Positions 11,757 through 24,247 are shown, counted from the stretch's first letter. The stretch is 64,000 nt of DNA from Malacoraja senta (GCA_038087875.1 CM075999.1:2172001-2236000); one strand, 5' to 3'. Numbers and translations are program-made. Notes: generated from the sequence alone by a model not told the origin.

Positions 11757-12589
11757 ATAGACTAAGTGGGACCCGTTGGGTCCCAGGTTCACACGGGAGG
11801 GCTGATCCCCCAACGCAATATTTCACTTCTCTACCAATTCCAATATTGGTGGCCAGTGGGAGGGGGGGGGGGGTGGTTCTGGAGTGCTACCATGGGTGTT
11901 GTGGGTCAAGTCAAGTCAAGCACAGTGAGTGCAGGGCCAACAATCCATTTCAATCCATTTCATGTCAAGTCAATCCATTTCAGGTCAAGTCAAGCACAGG
12001 GCAGGCAGGACCAGCCAACAAAGCACAGGGCAGGCCAAACAACTTATTTCATTTCCTTAAAGGCTAACAAATCATTTATTGCAAGCACATTAAGGGTTAA
12101 CAAATCATCATTCATTGCAAGCACATTGCTGGCTAACAAATCATTTATTGCAAGCATATAAAGGGTTAACCACATAAAGCACATAACCACATAAAGCACA
12201 TATACCACATAAAAGGTACACTCACAGTTCAGTAGACTCACAGCAGAATCAGCGTTGTGGCCTCTCCCTCGCGATCTTTCAGAGTGACTGACTCACGTCC
12301 AGGCTTCCGGGGTTTTATAGTCCTTCCCTCCCCCCGGATGGGGCATTACCTTCATCATGGCGATTGACAGGCGAGAGGACCAATCAGCTGATCTCAAGAT
12401 ATTCTTTTTTTAAACACTCATAACTTTTTTTTTTTTAATCGATCGGAAAAATCCTCGGGGCTGCCTCAGCGGAGGAGGACTGTGAGGAAGATGGCCAAAA
12501 ATCATAGCGATATAGGGTAGCGGTTTTTCTAAAATCAATATACAGCGCAGAATATACAGTGGTCAAGATGAGACTTTTAATTATACAGA
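11757..12589 (-). mobile_element. Non-autonomous Helitron
   Basis: Minus strand starts A|TCTGTATAATTAAAAG at 12589 and ends with hairpin GGGACCC-AAC-GGGTCCC (11768-11784) ~11 nt before CTA(T), inside an (AT)n tract; no TIR or TSD; internal ~30-bp repeats at 12065-12160. Confidence 0.7.
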
Positions 12590-12694
12590 TTTTTTACATG
12601 GAAGATGAGGTAAGGGAAGAGAGAAATCTCAGGGTACAAAAATCAGTCACTCTAAACTGGAGCTATACATGCAATATATATATATAATCTTTCA

Positions 12695-12932
12695 CACAAT
12701 TTTTCACACAAAGGGTGGTGGGTGTATGGAACGAGCTGCCAGAGGAGGTTGTTGAGGCTGGGACTATCGCAACATTTAAGAAACAGTTAGATAGGTACAT
12801 AGATAGGACAAGTTTGGAGTGATATGGACCAAATGCGGGCAGGTGGGACTAGTGTAGCTGGGGCATGTTGGCCAGTGTGGGCAAGTTGGGCTGAAGGGCC
12901 TGTTTCCATGCTGCATCACTCTGTGACTCTAA
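12695..12932 (+). mobile_element. CR1 LINE 3' end (subfamily sharing its 3' end with HE1 SINEs)
   Basis: FTQRVVGVWNELPEEVVEAGTIATFKKQLDRY; 3' GGGCAAGTTGGGCTGAAGGGCCTGTTTCCATGCTG. Confidence 0.85.
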
Positions 12933-13473
12933 TCTCTGCTGAATCTCATCTGCCTCATCTCCTTCACCATTTCTGCAAGTGTGTTCACGTCCTCTGATAA
13001 TTAGTTTGGTGGTCCTTTGTATGTTGAGGATGTCAGGGGGTTGCTGAATTATACAACAGTTTGATTAAAGCAAAACCATCAAGGAAAATTAAGAACTAAC
13101 AGGTTTATGGAATGGTGAAATTATGGAAGCATTAAGCCTTGTTCGTGACGACATTAAGAACAACATATTTGTTTTGCGAAGGACAAATTGGTGCAATTAG
13201 ACAACTTTCCAGTTGCAACAAATATGGGCTTCAGTAAATTGCCTGCAGCAAAAACACAAAATAATTTGCAACTGTTAAAATCCCGAACCAAGATCGAAGC
13301 TATTGCTCATAAAAGATGAAATGCACTATCACAAAGCCTCAGTGGGGAGGGCAGTGGATGAATGGTACAGTTCAAGTAAGATAATTACATCTTAATGGCA
13401 GAATGCCGACTGTGAAACTTAGGGGACATTTTCCCCTTTCTGTTAAGCCTCTTTCCTTGCTCTATCTCTAAAC

Positions 13474-13561
13474 TTCTTCTTGCGTTTGAGGCACCAGATG
13501 CCTGCAGCAGGGGTGATGCCATCCGGTTCGACATCCGCAGGTGCCCGCCCGAAAAAGGCTC
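13474..13561 (-). mobile_element. RTE-X-like 3' stub with (GAA)n tail
   Basis: Minus strand ends …CCTCAAACGCAAGAAGAAG; TSD ATCTCTAAAC at 13464-13473 and 13562-13571. Confidence 0.55.
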
Positions 13562-13630
13562 ATCTCTAAACTAAACTAAACTAAACAAATGGGTGCAAAA
13601 AAACGCACAAAACCGAATATTTTAAATCAT

Positions 13631-13738
13631 GTGTAGGAAAGAAAATCTGAAGAAGGGTCTCGACCACGAAACGCCACCCATTCCTTCTCGCCAGAGATGC
13701 TGCCTGTCCCGCTGAGTTACTCCAGCATTTTGTATCTA
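13631..13738. mobile_element. Miniature Penelope-derived insertion with hammerhead-like motif
   Basis: CTGAAGAAGGGTCTCGACCACGAAACGCC; flanked by direct repeat TATTTTAAATCATG. Confidence 0.75.
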
Positions 13739-14519
13739 TATTTTAAATCATGGTTTCGAAAAAAAATTGCGAGGGACATCTGTGTAAAAGTGACTGTTAT
13801 TCATCAACAAACATTTATTTAGCATCCATAACTTAGCAAGACATTCCAAGAACGATGATCAAATATGACATTGAGCCAAGTAAAGGGGGGCTTAGAGCGG
13901 ATGATTAACAGCTTGGGCTGTAGGTTAAGGATCATCAAATATCTTCTTGACCATATATCCAATTTATCTCACAATATGTGGGGCGGCACAGTGGAAACAT
14001 CTTCTGTTCATATGGTCATAAGTGATAGGAGCAGAATTAGGCCATTCGGCCCATTAAGTCTACTCCACCATTTAATCATGGCTGATCTATCTCTTCCTCC
14101 TAACCCCATTCTCCTGCCTTCTCCCCATAACCCCTAACACCCGTACTAAGCAAGAATCTATCTCTGCCTTAACATTATCTATTGACTTGGCCTCCAAAAC
14201 TTTTGTTAGGTGAGTTGCAAAGTGCATGGCCTCTGTTTTTTTTTCCTAATGAATTGAATTGAATTAAAAATTACAGCATGGAAACAGGCCCCTCGGCCTG
14301 CTGAGTCCATGCTGACCCTTGAGCACCCAAGTTCGATGTCATCCCACCTTCTCATCCAATCCCCACTAACTAGGGACCATTTACAGAGGGCCAGTCATAT
14401 TTGATCATTGTTGTTGCTAAGTTATGGATGCTCAATAAGTTAGTGTTTGTTAATGAACAATGGTCACTTTTACACGGATTTAAAATATTCTGTTTTGCTC
14501 GATTATTTGCACCAATGTG

Positions 14520-14830
14520 TTTAGTTTTGCTTAGAAACACAGTGCGTAATTAGGCCCTACAGCCCACCGAGTCCATGCCGACCAGCGATCCCTGCACACT
14601 AACAATGATCCTATGCACTAAGGACAATTTATAATCTTTACCAAAGCCAATTAACCTACAAACCTGTACGTCTTTGGAGTGTGGGAGGAAACCGAAGATC
14701 TCGGAGAAAACCCAAGTGGTCACAGGGAGAACGTACAAACTCCGTACGGCCAGCACCCATGGTCAGGATCGAACCCGGGTCTCTGGTGCTGTGAGGCAGC
14801 AACTCTACCGCTGCGCCACCATGCCGCCCC
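14520..14830 (-). mobile_element. HE1/V-SINE, full length
   Basis: Complete reverse complement from tail to GGGGCGGCATGGTGGCGCAGCGGTAGAG head. Confidence 0.88.
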
Positions 14831-15211
14831 TACTTACATACGAGATGTACTTACGCGCGTTAAGATGCTGATATTAAAATGAATGCTTTCCCTGGATAGT
14901 TTTGTACATTCATATGAATATTCTGACAGTGTAGCTGACCACTTAGTGTAGCAGTTTTAATTATTCATTTTATGAATGACAGCACTTGTTGTAATTCCTG
15001 CTTTGACAGCAATACACGGCTAACTTTAAAAATCGTAAATGCTTAAAAAGCAATATTGGTCTTGTAATAGTGAAAACAAATTGAATGCCGTTGAGTGATA
15101 GAGTAGTTGAGTCACACAGCACGTAAACAGGCCGCTCAGCCCAGCTTCTCAATGCCGACCAACATGCCCCATCTAAGCTAGTCCCATTTGCCTACGCATG
15201 GACCATATCCC

Positions 15212-15482
15212 GCTTATCTCCTTCGGCCATGGGTGTCTCCAGGGTGCTATTCCCTATATGGAGGTCGTGACTTTGTTTAACGTGGGGAGACTGGTGCACA
15301 GACAGCCACCCCACGGTCCTTGACAGGTCTGGGTCAGGATCCAGTGGCATGGAGACCAAGACGACCGGACGACGCTTTTCTGCTGCAGCCTTCATCCACC
15401 TTCCCAGCCGTTGTGACGCTCCACTAAGGTCAGCCATCGTCCTCCGCCTGTTCCAGTGTTGAGGTCTTGGTTGGATTGCTCT
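15212..15482 (-). mobile_element. Probable RTE-related non-coding fragment
   Basis: Minus strand CCATGCCACTGGATCCTG…GTGCACCAGTCTCCCCACGTTAAACAAAGTCACG resembles RTE 5' UTR-derived repeats from memory; no ORF support. Confidence 0.35.
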
Positions 15483-16769
15483 ATGATAGGATGCAAGGAT
15501 AGCACACCTATCCATGTTCTCCAAAGATGCAGCCTGATCTGCTGAGTTATTCCAGCACTTTGTGGCGAATTATTTGGTTGATTGGTTAAAGGATTGAAAG
15601 AGGTACTTCAGTCCACCGAGTCCACGCCGACCATCGATCACCCCTTCACACTAGTTCTATGTTATCTCCCTTGCTCGTCCACTCCCTACACACTATTCAC
15701 AGAGGGTTAAACTACCTATAAACCCGCACGTCTTTGGGATGTGGGAGGAAACCGGAGCTCCTGGAGGAAACCCATGCGATCGCAGGGAGAACATGCAAAC
15801 TCCACGCAGAAAGCAACCAAGGTCAGGATCGAACCTGGCTCTCTGGCGCTGTGAGGCCACAGCTCTACCAGCTGCGTCAGTGTGCCACCCTAATGTAACA
15901 GCGCTGGAGAAGTTACTGGCATCGTGCAACAGAGACGTGTATTGAAAAACAATCAGCAAACACTGAGCCAACGCACATCCCAGACATGATTTAATGGCAT
16001 GGCTTAAATGTTTTTAAAGAAGTATAAAAATTGTTTATGTAGCTAAGCTATTTTCCCATTGAAATTAATGTACCTACTGACTTTTGCAAATTACCTTAAT
16101 TAATGAAAGCAAGTATTATTGTTCTGCAATTTTGTTTGTCTTGTCCAAAGCTCAGCTGCTTTTTTTAAATATAGTCTGACAACCCTGTCTGAAGAAGGGT
16201 CTCGACCCGAAACGTCACCCATTCCTCCTCTCTCAGCCTGTCCCGCTGAGTTACTCCAGCATTTTATGTCTATCTTCGGGGTGAACCAGCATCTGCAGTT
16301 CCTTCCTACCTAGATTGATAGATTCCTTCCTAGATTGGTAGATTCTTGATTAGTACGGGTGCCAGGGGTTATGGGGAGAAGGCAGCAGAATGGGGTTAGG
16401 AGGGAGAGATAGATCAGCCATGATTGAATGGCGGAGTAGACTTGATAGGTAAAGTTTATGGAAGGTCTTGGCCACCATTGAACCTTCTGAAGTGTGGTCC
16501 AGCCCTGAAATGTCGCCTGTCCATTCCCTCCAGATGCTGCCTGTCCCACTGATTCCTCCAGCACTTGGTGTTTTGCTCAAGATTTCAGCATCTGCAGTTT
16601 CTTGTGACTCCATTAAACCCTTTTATTTAACCGCCAGCAACCTTGGTGACCAGGTAATTCCACATCTCCACTGTGTCAAGAAAGGTTATTTTTAAAAGGC
16701 CAGACACTAACGTTAAGTATAATATTCCTTATTCCCAATTTCTCTACCAATTTATTCATTACTCACCCT

Positions 16770-17110
16770 CATAAGGTCATAAGGAATAGCAGAATTAGAC
16801 CATTCGGCCCATCAAGTCTACTCCGCCATTCAATCATGGGTGATCTATCTCTCCCTCTCAACTCCATTCTCCTGCCTTCTCCCCATAACCCCTGACACCC
16901 ATACTAATCAAGAATCTGTCTATCTCTGCCTTACATATATCCACTGACTTGGCCTTCACAGTCCTCTGTGGCAAAGAATTCCACAGATTCACCACCCTCT
17001 GACTAAAGAAATTGATCCTCATCTCCTTCTGAAAAGAACGTCCTTTGATTCTGAGGCTGTGACCTCTGGTCCTAGACGCTCCCATTAGTGGAAACATCCT
17101 CTCCACATCC
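16770..17110 (-). mobile_element. CR1 LINE 3' end
   Basis: ORF 16858-17112: DVERMFPLMGASRTRGHSLRIKG…[14 protein letters not shown]. Confidence 0.9.
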
Positions 17111-17862
17111 AATCACCCTATCAAATTATTTTACACTAGGTCCTCAAGACACCGAAATGAACAATGACACTCATATACCCGTCAGTCCTTGCCTCATTGA
17201 TTACTGAGAAATGAATCAATTATCGCTCTGATGATCTATTGAACGGGGAAAGTTTTACTGAGCGGTTCGTGGAATCATAGATCACGGGAAATTGGAGATT
17301 ACGTAGCCCATGGTGGGCCGAGCGATCCCCATTTCATATTTGGATCAGTGTTAACAATAGAGAAAGCCACGAGACACATTTTATGCATCTGCCTCTTCTT
17401 TGTGGACTAAATCTGACTCATAACACAAATCAATTAGTGGCAATTAGAAGTGGTTTGAATTATTGGTTTGCTTCCAGAGCAAGGTCTCAGTGTGAGCGCA
17501 CACAGCCTGTGATTTACAAAAGCAAATTTCCGTTAGCTAATTAAGAACTAACTGAGCATTTCTCTCGGCTTTTGAAGGTAGGGCAGGAAGTTGCTTAATA
17601 GCCGATTTTACTGAATTCAATGGATGTACTGAAATGTGTACTTTGCCGCCTAAATGGCCGGCCACTTAGTAGGGAGTCGACTAATTGATGGCGGGCTGTG
17701 CCTGTTAAAGGAGACAATTAAATCTCAAGTCAGCGGGCGCAGAGCGGGGGGGGGGGGGAAACCAAACTCAAGGATATACACATGCATAGAAGACCCGGAG
17801 ATCTTCGGTTTCCACCCACACTCCAAAGCCATGCAGGTTTGTCGGTTAATTGGCTCGTGTAA

Positions 17863-18255
17863 AGCCCCTGTCCCACTTAGGAGACCTAAACAGCAACCTC
17901 TGGTGACCTTGCCCGCCACCCAAAAAAAAAAATCAGGTCGAGGTGACCTGCAACCTCCTACCACCTCCCGCGCATATGTTGAAAACCTTCCTCGACTATG
18001 AAGGAAAACCGGCTTCGACTAGACCTGCGACTAAAAATTATCGATTTTTTAAAACGGCAACCTATTTTTAGTTGAGGCCGGTTTTAAACATGATGAAAAA
18101 TTAGCAGCAACCTAGATGAAACCTCGACCACGCGGAAACCACTTTCGACCATTAGGGAGAGTGACCAAAACCTCCGGTGACCTCAAGGAAACCTTAGGTG
18201 GCGGGCAAGGTCACCAGAGGTTGCTGTTTAGGTCTCCTAAGTGGGGACAGGGGCT
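17863..18255. mobile_element. PIF/Harbinger-type MITE with ~58-bp TIRs, inserted in an HE1 SINE
   Basis: TIR AGCCCCTGTCCCACTTAGGAGACCTAAACAGCAACCTCTGGTGACCTTGCCCGCCACC; TAA TSD at 17860-17862 and 18256-18258. Confidence 0.88.
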
Positions 18256-18739
18256 TAAATGTGAAATTGTCCCTAATGTGTGTAGGGTAGTGTTAAGGTG
18301 CGGGGATCGCTGGTCGGCACGGACTCGGTGGGCCGAAGGGCCTGTTTCCGCGCTGTATCTCTGAAGGAAAACTGGCCTTTCGGCACCACCTCTCATGCAT
18401 TGTCTTTCCGCTGACTGGTTAGCACGCAGCAAAGGTTTTTCACTTGACAATAAACTAACTAAACTGAAAGAATGGGTGACGTTTCGGGTCTGAACCCTTC
18501 TCCGGTGACGTTTTGGGTCAGGACCATTCTTCAGACGGAAGAAGCGATCCCACCTGAAATGTTTAAGCAGATGCTGGAAAAATTGAAGGTAGACGAACAT
18601 GCTGGAGGAAGTCCACCTGAAACATCACCTGTCCATGTTCTCCACAGATGCTGCCTGACCTGCCGAGTTATTCCACCATTTTTGTGTCCCATTGTCTCTT
18701 AACCAACATCTGCAGTTCCTTATGTAAGGAAGGAATTGC

Positions 18740-19010
18740 AGGTAGACAAAAATGCTGGAGAACTCAGCGGGTGCAGCAGCATCTATGGAGCGAAGGAAAT
18801 AGGCAACGTTGCCTATTTCCTTCGCTCCGTGCAAAGAGTTGAACAATCTCCACTATAGGAAATAGGCAACGTTTCGGGCCGAAACCCTATGGGTTTCGTC
18901 CCGAAACGTTGCCTATTTCCCTTCGCTCCATAGATGCTGCTGCACCCGCTGAGTTTCTCCAGCACTTTTGTCTACCTTCGATTTTCCAGCATCTGCAGTT
19001 CCTTCTTAAC
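18740..19010. mobile_element. Fold-back Penelope-derived insertion (subfamily B, double hairpin; tail on right)
   Basis: Palindrome centred on AACGTT (18787-18828), spacer GCAAAGAGTTGAACAATCTCCACTATA, second hairpin; flanks AGGAATTGCA / AGGAACTGCA. Confidence 0.8.
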
Positions 19011-19225
19011 AGGAACTGCAGATGCTGGTTTACACCCAAGATAGGCACACAATGCTGGAGTAACTCAGCGGGTCAGGCAGCTTCTCCACAGATGTTAACC
19101 TGCAAGGTACAGTGTGCAGAGTATAATTCTCAGCGTTGCAGGGCATCAGTTCCTTAGACCAAGTCCAATGTCCTCAATGGGGTTGAGGTGAATCAGACAG
19201 CACCATAGCTTATGGATGGACTGTA

Positions 19226-19580
19226 CAGAAACATAGAAACATAGAAACATAGAAAGTAGGTGCAGGAGTAGGCCATTCGGCCCTTCGAGCCTGCACCGCC
19301 ATTCAATATGATCATGGCTGATCATCCAACTCAGTATCCTGTACCTGCCTACTCTCCCATACCCCCTTGATCCCTTTAGCCACAAGGGCCACATCTAACT
19401 CCCTCTTAAATATAGCCAATTGACTGGCCTCAATTACTTTCTGTGGCAGAGAATTCCACAGATTCACCACTCTCTGTGTGAATTTTTTTTTTTTCTCATC
19501 TCGGTCCTAAAAGACTTCCCCCTTATCATTAAACTGTGACCCCCTTGTTCTGGACTTCCCCAACATCGGGAACAATCTTC
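19226..19580 (-). mobile_element. CR1 LINE 3' end with (CTATGTTT)n tail
   Basis: (AGAAACAT)n, GAATTCCACAGATTCACCACTCT (VVNLWNS on minus strand). Confidence 0.88.
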
Positions 19581-20523
19581 ACCTCGCCACAGAAGGGAAG
19601 ATGCTGCCTGACTCACTGAGTTACTCACGACGGACACAAGATGCTGGAGTAACTCAGCGGGTCAGGCAGCATCTCTTTAGAGAAGGAACGTGACGTTTGG
19701 GGTCGGGACCCTTCTTCAGACCTCAGTCACTGGGTTACTCCAGCACTTTGTGTCTTTTTCTGTCATCCAGAATGCTCAGTCTCTCGTGTGTAGGGAATAA
19801 AAGAGAAAGTGAGATACATCAGAACGAGTGTGAGCGGGTGATTGATGGGTCAGCGTGGGCTCGGTGGGCCGAAGGGCCCATTTCCGTCCCTCGAGTCCGA
19901 GCCGACCAGCGATCCCCGCACACTAGTTCCCTCCTGCACACACTAGGGACAATTTAGAATTTTTACCGAAGCTAAAATACCTACAAAACCTGCACGCCTT
20001 TGGAGTGCGGGAGGAAACTGGAGCACCCGGAGAAAACCCACGCGGTCACGGGGAGAACGTACAAACTCCGTACAGACAGCACCCGTAGTCAGGATCGAAC
20101 CTGGGACTCTGGCGCTGTGAGGGAGCAGCTCTACCGCTGCGCCACCGTGCCGATCTTGGCCGCCCAATCTTAGTCGTTCCAGCACTTTGTGTCTTTTTTT
20201 GCCAACCAGCAGCTGCAGTTCCTTGTGATTACATGAACCTAATCTCTGGCAGGTCACAGCAGGAGTTGCACATTCCCACACAAACCCAAATTCTTGAGCT
20301 GGTTAACAATTAATTTTGCAGCCTCATTAAACCCCAATTATTCCCTCCGGGGAGCAGTACGGGGCAAAACAAATAAACAGTCACAAACTGCTGAGGGGCA
20401 ACACTAGTGTTTCAAGGACAGACACAAAGTGCTGGAGCAACTCAGCGGGTCAGGCAGCATCTCTGGAGGAAAAGGAATACGAGACGATTCGGGTCGTGAC
20501 CCTTCTTCAGATTCTTCTCTAGC

Positions 20524-20836
20524 GTGGCACGATGGCGCAGCGGCAGAGTCGCTGCCTCACCGCGCCAGAGACCCGGGTTCGACCCTGACTATGGAATGCT
20601 GTCTGTACGGAGTTTGTACGTTCCCCCCCGTGACCTCGTGGGTTTTCTCCGGGCGCTCCGGTTTCCTCCCACACTCCAAAGACGTGCAGGTTTGCAGGTT
20701 AATTGGCTTTTGTAAAATTGTAAATTGTCCCTAGTGTGTGTAGGATAGCGTTAGTGTATGGGGGTGATCGCTGGGTGGCGTGGACTCGGTGGGCTGAAGG
20801 GCCTGTTTCGGCGCTGTATCTCTTAGCTAAACTAAA
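20524..20836 (+). mobile_element. HE1/V-SINE, full length
   Basis: A/B boxes, V-domain, CR1-like 3' end. Confidence 0.85.
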
Positions 20837-20971
20837 ATGTCCTGACATGAAATGTCACCCATCCTTTTTCTCCAGAGATGCTGCCTGTCCCACTGAGTTA
20901 CTCCAGCACTTTGTGTCTATCTTCGGTGCAAACCAGCATCTGCAGTTCCTTTCTACCTAGATTGATAGCAT

Positions 20972-21345
20972 CAATAGACAATAGGTGCAGGAGTAGGCCA
21001 TTCGGCCCTTCGAGCCAGCACCACCACTCAATGTGATCACGGCTGATCATCCCCAATCAGTACCCCGTTCCTGCCTTCTCCCCAAAGCACCTATCCAGCT
21101 CTCTCTTGAAAGCATCCAGAGAACCTGCCTCCACCGCCCTCTGAGGCAGAGAATTCCACAGACTCACCACTCTCTGTGAGAAAAAGTGTTTCCTCGTCTC
21201 CGTTCTAAATGGCTTACTCCTTATTCTTAAACTGTGGCCCCTGGTTCTGGACTCCCCCAACATCGGGAACATGTTTCCTGCCTCTAGCGTGTCCAAGCCC
21301 TTAACAATCTTATATGTTTCAATGAGAATCCCTCTCATTCTTAAA
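20972..21345 (-). mobile_element. CR1 LINE 3' end
   Basis: ORF 21057-21338: LIETYKIVKGLDTLEAGNMFPMLGESRTRGHSL…LWNSLPQ. Confidence 0.9.
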
Positions 21346-22440
21346 ATCTTTCCTTCCTAGATTGGTAGACTCTTGATCAGTAGGGGTGTCAGGGGTTATG
21401 GGGCGAAGGCAGGAGAATGTGGTTGAGAGGGAGAGGTAGATCAGCCATGATTGAATGGTGGAATAAACGATGGGATGAATGGCCTAATTCTGCACCTAGA
21501 ATTTATGACCTACACGCTCTGGGGTTCCTTGTTTCAAGTGGGTCGTTGAGGGTCGGGAGGGGGTATAAATGTTATTCCTTTATCACGATCTTACAATCAA
21601 TCCATGAACTCAGGGTGTTCGGAAATGACGTTTAATGTTATCCCCAATCGCCTGGCAACTGTTCCTTGGAAGCTAAACTCGCCTGGAGCCGGCTGCGGGT
21701 GAAACAACACACTGGCAATTTGTTACACTTCGCCCATTCACTCTCTCTATCTCTCGCTCCACCTGCGAGCGCTGGTCGCAAACGACAAGGGAGGTCTCCA
21801 CCATCCACTGGTCACTATCCCCCCCCGGGGGTCGGAGAGGCAATGTCGACCCTGAAAAAGCAAAGAGCCACTCGCCTCCCCCTGCAACTCGCCAACGCCA
21901 ACAAGCCTCTAGTAAGTCCAGCCTACCGTCTACAGATGTTTTTTTTTTAGCCATTTAGACCAGCGGTTATGCAGAGCAGCGTGGACGCTTTTATTCGCCA
22001 TAATAATTCTGCAATGTTTATTAAAACTGAAGTCTGGAGCTGCTTTCACCACCCCCCGCCCCAGTAACCCCATACACTTGTATTAAAATCTAAAAGATAG
22101 TGCTCTTTCAAGGAGCATATTCCTTCCCTGGAGTGGGGTCACCTGCAAACATCTGGCAGCTGAGGGTAGGCAGTATTTTGCTGGCGTGGTTGTAATACCA
22201 CAAATTCAAGGTCCACCATTCAAGTAACCGCCCCTCCCCCTCCCCACCCCACCCCACCCCCCCCAGTTTTCAGCGCCTCCATTCAGATCCTGCCTTGAAG
22301 AAGGGTCCAGACCCGAACCGTCGCCCAACCACCTTCTCCAGGGATGCTGCCTGTCCCGCTGAGTTAAGAGCCCTATCTAGCTCTCTCTTGAAAGTATCCA
22401 GAGAAGCATCTAGACTTGTTTTCCAATGCACTTTCCAATA

Positions 22441-22633
22441 CAAGATAGACACAAAATGCTGGAGTAACTCAGCGGGTCAGGCAACATCTCTAGAGAGAAG
22501 GAATGGGTGACATTTCGGGTCGAGACCCCTTGGGTCACCCATTCCTTCTCTCCAGAGATGTTGCCTGACCCGCAGAGTGACTCCAGCATTTTGTGTCTAC
22601 CTTCGATTTTACCAGTATCTGCATTCTTTCTTA
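22441..22633. mobile_element. Fold-back Penelope-derived insertion
   Basis: Inverted arms GACACAAAATGCTGGAGTAACTCAGCGGG…; direct repeat GCACTTTCCAAT on both sides. Confidence 0.78.
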
Positions 22634-23404
22634 CGCACTTTCCAATCCGATGCGCTTTCTGTCCCTCCCCAAACCCGAGTCGCACCCAAACCCATTTCAC
22701 TGTCCTCCTGCTGAGTCTCACTGTTTGTATCCATTCGCCATCACCTTATCCACAGCCAACAACGGACCATTGTGGGCTCCACCTTTCGTTGCTGGCTTTG
22801 ATTTGTCCTTGTCCTTTTCATATTTTTCAATCATACGTTACAGGATCAGAATTGGGGCCATTCGGCCCATCAAGTCTGCTCCGCCATTCAATCATGGCTG
22901 ATCTATCTCTCCCTCTCAACCCCATTCTCCTGCCTTCTCCCCATAACCCATTGACTTGGCCTCCACAGCCGTCTGTGGCAATGAATTCCACAGATTCACC
23001 ATCCTCTGACTCAAGAAATTCCTCCTCATCTCCTTTCTAAAGGTATGTTTAGGAAAGAACTGCAGATGCTGGCAAAATGAAAGGTAGACAAAAATGCTGG
23101 AGAAACTCAGCGGGTGAGGCAGCATCTATGGAGCGAAGGAATAGGTGAAGTTTCGGGTCGAGACCCTTCTAAAGGTACGTCCTTTTATTGTGAGGCTATG
23201 GGAGGCTTCCCACTGATGAGAAAGGCCGTAGCCCCAGAATAAAAGGTTGTATCTTTATAAAGGAGATTCAACAGAAATGTATCTGAGATGATAAGAATTA
23301 TACAAAGATCTGGGTGAAAAGCAAGGTCAGCGGATAATTGGAGAAAAAAGAGACAGAAGTGCTGGAGGAACTCAGCGGGTCAGGCAGCATCTTTGGCAGC
23401 AACA

Positions 23405-23830
23405 GTCAGAGTGAGGCCACATGCAAATTGGAGGAACAGCACCTCATATTTTGCTTGGGCAACTTACACCCCAGTGGTAAGGACGTTGATTGATCTAATT
23501 TCAAGTATTCCCTCTCTCTCTCCCCACCTCCCCACCCCCCACCCTAGTCATCCTACTAGTTCCACCGTCCGCATTCCTCTATCCCATCGCTGTCACCTCT
23601 TCCCCAGCCAACAATGGACCATTGTGGGCTCCACCCTTCCTTGGTCACCTGTTGCCGGCCCTGCTTTGTTCTCTCCGGCTTTTTCCTACCTCCCGTTCCA
23701 TCCCCTCTACCTTTAGTCTGAAACATCGCCCGTCCTTTTTCTCCAGAGATGCTGCCTGACCCGCTGAGTTGCTCCAGCACTTTGTGCCTATCCTCGGTAT
23801 AAACCAGCATCTGAAGTTCCTTTCCACACA
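23405..23830 (+). mobile_element. Penelope-like element 3' end (GIY-YIG C-terminus plus UTR)
   Basis: SEATCKLEEQHLIFCLGNLHPSG; ends …CCAGCATCTGAAGTTCCTTTCCACAC. Confidence 0.8.
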
Positions 23831-23869
23831 GCATCTTTGGAGAACATGGATAGGTGATCGGTGGATAGG

Positions 23870-24247
23870 TTTGAAACATATATGATTGTTAAGGGTTTGG
23901 AAACGCTAGAGGCAGGAAACATGTTCCCGATGTTGGGGGGAGTCCAGAACCAGGGGCCACAGTTTAAGAATAAGGGGTAAGCCATTTAGAACGGAGACGA
24001 GGAAACACTTTTTCTCACAGAGAGTGGTGAGTCTGTGGAATTCTCTGCCTCAGAGGGCGGTGGAGGCAGGTTCTCTGGATGCTTTCAAGAGAGAGCTAGA
24101 TAGGGCTCTTAAAGATAGCGGAGTCAGGGGATATGGGGAGAAGGCAGGAACGGGGTACTGATTGGGGATGATCAGCCATGATCACATTGAATTGCGGTGC
24201 TGGCTCGAAGGGCCGAATGGCCTGCTCCTGCACCTATTGTCTATTGT
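23870..24247 (+). mobile_element. CR1 LINE 3' end
   Basis: ETY.IVKGL.TLEAGNMFP…[34 protein letters not shown]; (CTATTGT)n tail. Confidence 0.9.

Noticed and set aside
21760..21778. CTCF site (CCACCTGCGAGCGCTGG)
   Set aside because: Several mismatches at core positions; not supportable from sequence alone.
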